A DNA stretch of 64,000 bases from Phoronis australis (Eukaryota > Animalia > Phoronida). The translations under genes and the position numbers were made by a program. The stretch is taken from the NCBI GenBank assembly GCA_002633005.1, contig NMRA01000183.1:153640-217639 (forward strand), read 5' to 3'. Position 1 is the stretch's first letter. Each line of letters starts with the position of its first letter. Under the pieces are notes generated by a model. That model saw only the letters and a program-made list of their open reading frames with translations, did no database searches and was not told the DNA's origin. Positions 41,801 through 53,800 of this stretch are shown piece after piece.

Positions 41801-44800
41801 GATAGACCCAGTTACTGTAGATGGAATAACCAACAATTTTCGGTCACAACTGTCTCAAAAATTATTATTTATACCGGATACGTGCACAATTCCAATTTCT
41901 TTCAGTGCCAGCACATCACCCGTCTCACTTCAACCTATTAAATAATTACGACAATGCCGTTGTACAGATCACTGACATCCGTATTTTTCAAATCCATGTT
42001 TCCAAGGTCCACAATGTATGTTCATTTAACACTGTCCTTTCCAGGGAGTCTCCACAGTTACCGTTCAGATTGACGATGAATTGGACGATTCCCTCGTCGA
42101 GAACTTCCTACAAAAACTACTCTGGGAGAAAAGCATTTTCGATTCCAGTGGAAATGCAATGGACATTTGGCGAATGAAGGTACCTCCATGAATTTACCTT
42201 TTGACCTCTGAAATTGTTCTTTTTGTCTTGTGACACATTTAAGGTAACCTAAACCAAGAGTATTTGTGTTTTACAGTGCAGATTTTGTGAAATTATATAT
42301 ACAATTCCTCGGTGCCATCGAAGGAATAAATCGAAATTGAGAACTTGTTGGGAGCTGGTGTAGATGTCACATTCAACCAAGGGATCAGTGATTCGCTGCT
42401 GTCAGTTTATTCAGTTTTCACTGCCCCAGAATAAAACCGAATCTTTGTGGGCGATGGCTCGTGTGGTATCGTTGATTGTCAGTCCTCTACGAAGGCATCA
42501 GCAGGTGACTTCTTCAAATGCATTTTCTCGATTTCTTTCTGCCATCTCGGTTATATAAACATGTTCGTTTGCGCCTGGAAACTCTGTCTCTAATCCGTTC
42601 GCCCCATTTGTGGAGCTGCTTTGCACGAACACCTGACTTATACATTGAATGATGATATTATAATCTTGGCATCAGTATTACTGTCGCACAATGCTTTATC
42701 ACAATATTGTGGCGCGATAATGACAGCTCTCATCACGCTGAATGAACACAACTACTAAGAATATCACTCTAGCCTATCCGCACCCTTCGTCTTCGCGTGT
42801 GGCCCCCTCACATGCAACTCATTCCAACCATCACCCAATATAGACCCATTCGCTACCAGAATAATACGTCTTTCCAATTAGGCACTTCACGCGGCGCAGA
42901 GGATACTCGAGGCCCTGACGTCACACCAGGTGCGTTTATCGCCGGGTTTGAATTTAGTGTTTTCAATACAGTTACAATAACACTAACTTAGCCGACTTAC
43001 CACCTTGAAGTGCCCAAAAAATTCTTAGTTGGAGCGGTGCAAAACATCATTAGTTTTGTCAGTTTATTTTGAGTGAGTTACTTTAGAGATGTTCTTCTTT
43101 TTCTTAAGTTTAACTTGAGTAAAATTATGCTTCCGGGTTATGAAGCTTATTAATCAAAAACGGCTAGTATGAGACCAATGCTACTGCTACTGCGCCATTT
43201 GGGAACATATATGGCGTTCTGTCTTCATGGTCACAAATACTAAATCACTTGGATGCACATAAAGCACTTCTCAACAGATTATTCGTTTTTATTTGTATTA
43301 ATTGTTAAGTAACGATTTTTGGAGTCCCTACTGTGTCGAAAAACACGTTTTTGCAGACTACAGTTTAAGAGCTGTGTCGCCGTTCGAATACAAGGACGCC
43401 TGAAGGACATCGTTTCTGATATTGGCATTGTCGTGGAGAGGAGGCCGTTCTTTTCGATGGCGTCGAATGTGCACAGCGACGCCTAGCAGCTAGTTTGTAA
43501 ACTGCAACATCCACTGGAGGCGCATCTGTTGAACACATGTCGAAGTTTTGATAGCCGATAGTCTCAAACGTTCCGATGAAAGTTTACAAACAGAAACGGG
43601 ATTCCATCAAACAATACATCACAGATGTAGGGAGTCGCGGTGGCAGTGGATGCTATTCCGCGACTACTGAAATTTGATGGATGCCCGCGTCTCGCACATG
43701 TTTGGTCTTAACTTCAGCTGAACGTGTGTTGTTGCGAGATCTTATCAGAGTCAGGTACTAACTCTTCTGTGTCAGGGAGAGAGAAAGAACGGAAAAACTT
43801 CGTCCAACTAATAAACAACCAACGAACACTGGGAAACTGGCTTAAACTTTCTATTCAAAGTGTCCAAAGTGTAGAATATTTACAAAATTGGTCGTTTTTT
43901 CTTTATCCTGAAATAAATTTGCTATATTTAGTGTTTGTCTGGACATTGTCATCGTAGATACAGTGTATAAAGGAACGTTTGTTCACGGGGTTGGATTTTT
44001 AAACACGAGTTTCCATGTCACCGTTGCCTCGTCGATACAGGCTTTTGGATTTTTTTAAATCAAAAGAGCTTACTGTAAAATAAAAGTTTCGCGAGGTAAT
44101 CGATTGGTCCGTGTGTTGTATGAAAATCAGTTAAATTATATCACAAAAGCCTTGCGGAATAACTGACGTTCTCGCGTTGTTGATTCCTCCCAGTTCATCT
44201 TCGACGAGTTGAGAAGTTTACACTTCAATATTTTCTAAGTTGTGTGAAACGTCTCGGATGATGTAGGCATCTGTTTGAAATTACGCGCTCTTTGTCGCGC
44301 TCGGCTGTCCTAGAGCGACCTTTAATGCCATCCATCAGTTTGCCTGTGTAAATATTATGTTGTTTGCAAGCATCTTGTTTGCTTGTTTTATGCAGTAATT
44401 TGTGGTGCCATGTTATTCAAAGGCATAGCAGCTACGTTGTGCCCATCCATCTCTGTCGTTTTGGAAGGTGTTTAACCATTCAAATGGCACAGACCCGTGC
44501 TGCAATCTGTGAACTACTTAACGGTCTTGTATGTGAACACTTTAATGTGAACACTTTACTTGGTCATCGTCTTATTCATCCTTGTATTTCTGTTTCATTG
44601 ACGTCATCTGCCTGTCATGGGATGTCCTCGACATAGTCTGTTTAGAGATGTTCTCCTTTAACAAAAAGAAGTTAAAAATGTTTGCCTCTTTTGTCAGTTC
44701 AGTGAATGCCATTGTAACATAGTGCCATTGTAGCGCAGTGCCATTGTAGCGCAGTGCCATTGTAGCGCAGTGCCATTGTAGCGCAGTGCCATTGTAGCGC

Positions 44801-47800
44801 AGTGCCATTGTAGCGCAGTGCCATTGTANCTTAAACTTTCTATTCAAAGTGTCCAAAGTGTAGAATATTTACAAAATTGGTCGTTTTTTCTTTATCCTGA
44901 AATAAATTTGCTATATTTAGTGTTTGTCTGGACATTGTCATCGTAGATACAGTGTATAAAGGAACGTTTGTACGCGGGGTTGGATTTTTAAACCCGAGTT
45001 TCCATGTCACCGTTGCCTCGTCGATACAGGCTTTTGGATTTTTTTAAATCAAAAGAGCTTACTGTAAAATAAAAGTTTCGCGAGGTAATCGGTTGGTCCG
45101 TGTGTTGTATGAAAATCAATTAAATTATATCACAAAAGCCTTGCGGAATAACTGACATTCTCGCGTTGTTGATTCCTCCCAGTTCATCTTCGAGGAGTTG
45201 AGAAGTTTACACTTCAATATTTTCTTAGTTGTGTGAAACGTCTCGGATGATGTAGGCATCTGTTTGAAATTACGCGCTCTTTGTCGCGCTCGGCTGTCCT
45301 AGAGCGACCTTTAATGTCATCCATCAGTTTGCCTGTGTAAATATTATGTTGTTTGCAAGCATCTTGTTTGCTTGTTTTATGCAGTAATTTGTGGTGCCAT
45401 GTTATTCAAAGGCATAGCAGCTACGTTGTGCCCATCCATCTCTGTCGTTTTGGAAGGTGTTAAACCATTCAAATGGCACAGACCCGTGCTGCAATCTGTG
45501 AACTACTTAACGGTCTTGTATGTGAACACTTTACTTGGTCATCGTCTTATTCATTCTTGTATTACTGTTTCATTGACGTCATCTGCCTGTCATTGGATGT
45601 CCTCGACATAGTCTGTTTAGAGATGTTCTCCTTTAACAAAAAGAAGTTAAAAATGTTTGCTTCTTTTGTCAGTTCAGTGAATGCCATTGTAACATAGTGC
45701 CATTGTAGCGCAGTGCCATTGTAGCGCAGTGCCATTGTAGCGCAGTGCCATTGTAGCGCAGTGCCATTGTAGCGCAGTGCCATTGTAGCGCAGTGCCATT
45801 GTAGGGCATTGCCATTGTAGCGCAGTGCCATTGTAGCGCAGTGCCATTGTAACATAGTGCCATTCAAATGGTGCCTGAATTGGAATGTGTGCATCTCTCA
45901 AATGTAGGCGTAAATGTGGGGGTACTCGTAATTTACCGAAGGTTTATTCTTTGTTTTATCTGGATCATCTCACATATTGTTACAATGTGTACTTCTGGTG
46001 ATGTGAAATGCTACACCAGGTGCTGGTCGGTCCTGCTAGAACACTTACGACTTTTGATTGACACCGACAAAACGATAATTACTGCCTCACGTAGTTTATT
46101 TAATCGCTAATTATTTGTAAAAACTAAGTGCCAAAACATTTGTTGCTCGCCTGATTGGCGTTGCTACGTTGTTAATAGGTGACGTGAATCCGAGCGCAAA
46201 ATAGGGGTAATCGGTTTAGCGCCCCTAGCTCAAAACGATCTGACAACAGAGTCGTGAAAGTTATGGTTGCAGACATCGGTTGGTTTTGCCATGTTTGGTT
46301 ATGCTGCTTACCCATCAAATTTCAGTGCTACCAATTACGTCCAGTCTCAAAACAGCCCCCAATATCTTTCTTTCTGTTTCCCCACACTCTCATACGCAAC
46401 TCGAGCGATTGCTGCCCATTCAGCCGCGTTTGAAGTAATATCTGGGATTTCCGTCGACATCTTTGTAGTAAAATCTAGTGACTTACTTTCGTTGTCGTTT
46501 TTTGTTGCGTGCGAGTGAGGCTTCGAGATCGCTTTCCCCCGCATCGTGTTCTTTGCCTGCTTGTCGAATTTCATATTCGAAACGTTGTGGTATGGTGTTG
46601 TGCCATTCTTTGATTCACAGCGAGCGACTGGTCAATCGGTTGATCCTCCTCTCCTGTCCTTCACGTGACAATGCAGCTATGCTGTTACTTCTCGTCGTCT
46701 GCTTATCGTCGCCTGACGACGGTTTTTGATACTACTTCGAATTCAAAATTAGGTATAGTTTTCGATTTCACACCAGACCTTTAGTCGTCCGATATTTCTC
46801 TGATGAAGCGAGTTACTATCATCCTATTCCTGTTTTTTTCAGTAAAAACACGTGTTAGTGTGTTTTGACAAGACTCATCCTGTCTCGGGAGAAACCTGCA
46901 CGACAAAGCGTAAAATTTCAATCCCTGTGCTTGTACACCTTACCTCTCTACACCCCTGTCCCCTTTCCTTATTTGGCGTTGTTAGTGTTTGATGGCCAAG
47001 TGATTCCCTGTTAGAATTTGTAACAAGTTCTCAAGAGTTACATGTAGGACACAATCCCTACATGTACATGTATTCCTCACGCACTACTTTCATGTGGCGG
47101 CTGTTTGTCGAGATTTCTTACGCCTCATCACTGATATTTTTTCAAAAATAATCCAGTTTATCCTCAATTTTCAACTTAAAGGAATACCCCCATTTACGAA
47201 AAGAAATACCGTCATTTTTTAAAACTCAGATGTGCCTGCAGGGGGTCCTAGTCGTTGGCCGTGATCTATGACTACAGCTGTATGGTTACATAGGGTGGCT
47301 GCAAGCGCTGCGTGCGACACATGTTGTAACTACATTGTTGGTGACACGCGGCGATTTACAACAAACCACGGTTCTGGCAGGAAATTGTTTAAGAAAACAA
47401 CCCATTAGTCGAGCGTTCTTCAGTTGAATTATTAAGAACGCATTTTCTCACACTCATAAACAGATTTTAATTGTTCGTTTTCATTTTCCGGCCTGTCCTG
47501 CTGAGAGAGAATCACATCGTATATAACAAATGCACCAGCTGACGGTCAGCCAGTAGAACTGGTTTGATAGTTGTTGTTTTTCCATTGATTTGCTTATTCT
47601 ATTTGCACGTTTTTAGGCCCACGCGCCTGTTTACAAAATAACCCACTTTTGACACCCAAGCTGTTTGCTCGCGCGTCTAAGCTTCACTCATCGACAGAGG
47701 CGCATTTCTCTTTAACAAACAAAAGTCTTCTAAAAGATATTTCTGTTTTTTTTCCATTCTTAGTACTTTTCAGTCACTCTCCATCTTACTTGGAAACACG

Positions 47801-50800
47801 TCAACATCTACCTTTTTGTACCGCATAACAAAGGCTTCGTCAGACACTTGCTATTTAAAAAGCAGTGATTCTTGATTTTACTAAAGCCTTTTGCATTCAA
47901 ATGCTTGCGCCTAATTTCGAATGTAGACGTGACTTCGTGAACTGGCGCTTGTGCCTCATAGGCGTCTATATGGTTAATTTGATGAAAGAATTTACGTTTT
48001 TATGGTAGACAAATTAAGCTCATACGTTTATTTTGTTAGCCTGACATGAATTTTATTAAACCAAATCAAGGCATTGATTTTATCAACTCCTGAATGATTA
48101 AATTTTTACATCATGACCTCTTCTCACGTGCCTTCGAAATATTTAGCAATCACATTTCTTACGTTGCATGTTACTCATCGCTATAAATAGTCAAAATTAC
48201 ATGAACAATTGGGAACAGCTTCGGTCATGAATTCTGCCGCTCCGTTTTCCCTCGTTACACACACACGTTGACGTCGCATCCCTCCTAATTAACACCACTT
48301 GCAACTATTCAAATTCGTTGCGTCATCAGCGCAAATTAAAACCCATTATCTCCTGGGAAAACCACATTTGCCAAAAAATCCACTTCATTAGCCTCAGTTC
48401 TTGCGAGGAAATCTAGTTGAAAAGCCGCCATTAATCACGTCGATTAGACTCTCTTTGAAATGGATAATTCCGATATATGTTATCAAAATTACATTTGTAA
48501 ATTGAAGTCAATATTTAGCTAATTATCTCGTGATTATCTGGAATAAAGGGAATGCATTTACTCTAACAATTGACCGGATTCAATTATGGTTTTTGATAGC
48601 ACTTGCACTGCGTATCCGTTCATAAATATGTCTGTCTCGTTTTATAAACAGGCGATTTGACAGACGTTTAAAGCTAAATCCATATCTTGGTGAATTGCTA
48701 CGTAATGAATCTCGGGAACACCCCTGTTGCACTCTGATGTAAACTTTGTCGTTTTATATAGATTCCTTGCATTACCAAATATTTCTCACTGTAGGGTTTT
48801 AGTATGTTCAGCACATTCGTCCAAATTGTATGAACTTTCAAAGAAACTCATTTTGTTGATATCGCCGCATCTGTTTGCTCTCTTGCGAACTCATGTCATC
48901 TGTTTACAAAAATACCTTTGTTACGTCACACAACAAGATAAACGCGCACAGACAGTGACAGTATTCATCCGCCGAGTAATTAGCCCGTCGATGCAATCAC
49001 GTGTTGACATTCGGATGAGCCGGTTATCGGCTAGACAAACAATGTATCTAGTATGCGATCAAAGATGATCCGATAAGACTTAATTACTGGGAAAACAACT
49101 GTTCAAACGATTAGCTTCAATATACAAGCAATTACCACTGGGTAAACAACAACTGCCTTATACCCTGTCGGGCTGCTACTGCAATTACTCCAGAATGCTA
49201 ACTATTTATGCGACCTGCCAGTTCACGTGCTCGCGAGCTCCGTAATGACGGTGCCTGTCTAGCATTTTTCGTTCCATGTCAAACGCCGCGTTGCTCTGAA
49301 CGTAGTTTGCAGACAAGTATTATGTGATACTGTAAAGTAAATGTTCTGAACTCAGTGGTGAAAAAATAGACTGATCACTGATATTGTGCCTGAAACAAAT
49401 TTCTAGGAATCAAAACGAAGAGAACTGGCAGGCACGTTCAGTTTGTTTCATTCACAGACAATTCAGACGTGTTGGACATTTTCCTGGGCATCGTTTTTTA
49501 TTATCTGATTCAATGTGGCCTAGCGGCAAAGGTGTAGTTTCACAGTCCGAAGATGGTGGTTTAAATCCTACTAGACCAGGTTAAGTGTCCCTCAGTTCAT
49601 AACTAATGTTCAAACTGGTGCAAATTGCGCGTCATGTTTTCGCAGCCTAATCTTTCTTTCTGATAATTCAAAAAAACTATTGGGTTTTCACATTGTATTC
49701 ACTTGCTGAGCACGTCACTATCATTTCTATTGCAAAATAATAATGGTGTCACTGCAACACAGTGTCTGTCAGTTGTCTTCTAAAGCAGAAAAAGTATTAA
49801 TTTTCGATGGCTCATGGCTCAGAAATTTTCAAACACGATTGAAAGTTTCCAAACGGGATGCAAACATTTCAAACATGGATGAAAACTCACTTTGTTATTT
49901 CTCTTTTATTAGTGTTTTATTTAAAACTGTTGTTGTGTGATATTTATATTTATATTTATAAATTGGGTATATTGATGTATAACTTGCCCCGTACTGTGCT
50001 TAGATCTTCACTGATGGGCAAGTTTATATTTATATTATACCTCACATCACAACTGTTGCAACTTGACGTCATGATGATGGCAAACAATTCATAGATAGTT
50101 ATGGGTCATCTCACTACATTTACTCTATGCAACCCGCTATCGCCATCTAGCGACAAGGCCTTTTGTGTTGTCGTTATATCGGGATTAGGTATTGGTTCTC
50201 TTTAGTTACATGTACATAGAACTCAGCAAACATCAAATGCTGACTCGCTTTGCCATGTGACTTCAACTTGCGTTCTGTGGCACATTCAATCTGTAGGTAC
50301 AGGTACTTGTTTGACTAAAAAGTTCATTGCAACGAGAATGCCTTTGCTCCATTTCTTGTGGGAGTAATTTCTTTTGTTATTTGATTAAAGCCAATAACAT
50401 AAATATTTCATCTAAGATCTAAAACAAATTCTTCCCATGTCTTTATCCTCATCTGTTTAACTGCCACTCCAGTTTAATAATAGATTTTTTCGCTACATAC
50501 ACGCCGTCTTGAGTAGTTCGTATTATTTTGATACCCTGGTAGAAAATTGTATTTCGTTGAACTTCCACTTGCCCGTCTCCCGTTTGTAAACAGTAACAGG
50601 TTTGGCCATCATTCTGCGTGACAGATGGTTGGTTTATAACAACCTTACAATAGCACTCGAGTCGTATTTTGTCAATCTTGTTTCCCTGTGTAAACACTGT
50701 CTCTGTTTCTCAAGTCATTCCCCTCTTTTGTAATCGAATTACATTTTTAGCCAGTTGCCTTTTAGTAGACTCTCCTAATTAATTGATTTTATTGAATCTG

Positions 50801-53800
50801 CTATTTAGCTCATTGTTCAGGTCGGTATAATTTGGTGTTTGGTTTTAGGTTTTTGAGAGGCATTGTTTTGTACAAAAGATCGCAATAAGTGCTCGGGCCC
50901 TCCGGTGCGCACACGCGCCGTGGTCCGCAGATTGCAGATTGCCGGTTGCGGTTGATCAAAATGGAGTAAATAACGTGTTTCAATTGTAGAACACAAGGAG
51001 CAATCATCAAGGTTATTACTCACTAATACTTTTATCTTAATTTTTTTAAATAAAGTTGTCAGCAGTGCTATATTTTACAACTGTTGTAGTAGATATTTGG
51101 CTGATGACCTTGTTGTGCTAGGGCAAGTATGAAATGTGTATCATCCTTAAATCACTTATTAAAAATGTTGTCATCTTATTAGGACAGGCAGCTTTAAGAA
51201 GCTAAGGTAAAACCGTTTGACAGCTGACAAACACTAATCAGTTTTCATTGGCTCATTCTCCATTTGATATTTTAGCTTTCGCAAATAGAGTGTACTGTAC
51301 AATGTATGTCTATTTCAGGGATCTGTGAACATACGAGGTGAAGATAGGCGGGTACTGGTTCAGGCAGTTAAGGAAGTTTACGACCAACATCGCACGACTA
51401 AGTGGGAATGTCGTGACAGTCGGCGGACGACTTTGGTTTTTATCGGTAATTACACCTTTCTTTAACGTAAGATTTTAACACGAGATATTAAGTCGCGACA
51501 ATCAAATGATTCACTTGTCAAAAACACTGTATGTTAATGTTAATTTGGTAGATTACCCTAATGTGTCACCTTAAGCCAAATGAGTAAAACCGTGGTTTGA
51601 CTAAAAGGAATTTTGGTCTTGCAGCGATATTTGATCAAAATCGCAAAAAAATTCGATGTTTCGATTTTTGCTCAGTTGACATCGGTTGATGAGGACTTGA
51701 AAACGCTTGACGGGGATGCCCTATTTGCCAATCTTGCCGTGTTCAAATATTGAATGATACTGTTATCGGAAGCGGATTGAGCGATAAGCAAATTTGCCCA
51801 TCTTCACGCTACTGTTAAATGTGTGAGTGTTGTCTGTCAATTAGGTGTGAATAGCGGATATCGCTTTAGGCAGTTCTCCTCTCTTGTTCTTTAGCAATTA
51901 TTTTCACCTTGGAGATATTTTCACTTCACCACCAAATGTTTCTACAGTGTTATGAATATTGGAACAGAAGAACATCCAGGCATGTGTCATAGTGTGATAC
52001 TAGAGTTTATGTTCTTGATATTTTTAATATGTTTACAAATCCCTCTCCTTGGTCATTTCTGGAGCTGTGAGGTATCAAATTTCGTTTTAGGTATTCACGT
52101 GGTTTTGTTTGGTTTGAAATAACAAACATTGTGTACAATTCCGTTTCACCAAGTTATCGTTTAGACAGGAAGCGTATTATGTAGTTCAGTGGTTTCTTTC
52201 CAGTAACGGATTGCGTTTGCTCTGTATTAAACTTCTAGTTGTTCTTTTTAAATTTTAAATCGTAAGGGGGTCTGAATTGGAATTTAATCAGACGTAAAAA
52301 TTGTTTGGTTGATTGGATGCAGTTCATGAATATAATGAATTAAGTGTGATCAGCTCTCACAGTTTCCCTGTTACCGTGATCAGCTCTCACAGTTTCCCTG
52401 TTACCATAGCCTCGCTTCTGTCGAATTAAACCAGTCTTGGTGCTTCTGGTTGTAGCTGTGAATGGTAGAATGCATAATATTGTACGTGGGTGTTCGTCCG
52501 CGAAGGCAGGTGTATGCCTCGTCACCCCCGAAGCCATCGGTTCGTCCATATCACTCTGCCTGACAAGGTGGCGATTAGAGGATTTACGAATTTTACGGGC
52601 TGATCGGTTATGAACAGTAACCCCATGTCACGCTCGTGTGTATTGACGTTCCTGCGTGCCTTTGTTCGGGACTTAAATCTCAGGACTAAAGCGATTCGTA
52701 TATGCCGTTAATAAGATTTTTTATGAGTTTAGACAAACATCTTCTGGCTGAGTTTTCAGACTCTTGTGAAATCGCATTAGTATAAAGCCTGGGTTTTAAG
52801 ATATTTTTGTAGCAGGTCTGTTCTTTGTTTTTTTTCAATATATGGAGCCATGGATAATTTTAGTTTTGATGGGATGAAATAAAAAATTGCTCCAGTCAAA
52901 GTCAGTGCAACTTAACTTGTGTTAATCGGTGTTAAGGATGCCTTGCCACCCTTTGTTCTTTATTTTTATTGTATTTTTGTTTTTGTTTTGGCATCTGTAG
53001 GATTAGATGGTTTTGGCTGTCACTCCGTTAAAATAAATGATCGTTTCAAGCAAAAGTTGGGTAACTAAATGTAAGTCAGAGTGAAGGACACATGTACGAA
53101 TTCCAAATGTTCGTTACGTTGAAGTTGGTGAACTGGGGTCAAATATGCAGTCGTGGCAATTTGACTTAATAAAGTGAGTTTGCCGCGAGGTGAAGGCGTC
53201 TCTAGTTTAGAGCGAAATGTCCCTCTGAAGATTAACCACCTGGTTGAGTACAGCATACACTAAGGTGAACACACAATAAACATTCTTACTCAATACTAAG
53301 TGAAGTGCACTGCGCTTTGATAATGGAGTTATTGCCTAGATTAACTGATCGCATTCAAAGAAAAGAAAACAAGATAATATTAGTCGAGGCACCGCTGCGC
53401 CTTTGGTCCGCTCTCGGCGTGACACTGTTCAACCTTGAGTTGGGATGCCATTTAAGGGAATTGTTACAGGATTAAGACGAGGTTATCGCCAATAACTCAC
53501 TGGGCCGCCCGTGAATTTTCCATCCTTTCTTCTGACGACTTGCATTAAGCGGATTCATCGAGTATTTATGCCCGGCTAATAGTTTCACTGGAGAATTTTT
53601 CACTTTAATCGTCTTGGTGCAAATACGTGAACGCAGTTGATCTGTGCTAATGCGCAATCTATTTCCCGATGGCTGAGCAAGTTTGAAAACACAACTGTGC
53701 TAAATTCATTTCAACGTGTTTTATTCGACAATTATTAGCTCTAGTGCTGTTTTCGTGCACGTTGAGCGCTTCTCAGGCTATTTTCGACAACATAAACAAG

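Noticed and set aside
44572-45901. ORFs with repeated '[16 protein letters not shown]'
   Set aside because: Translation of the 16-bp minisatellite.
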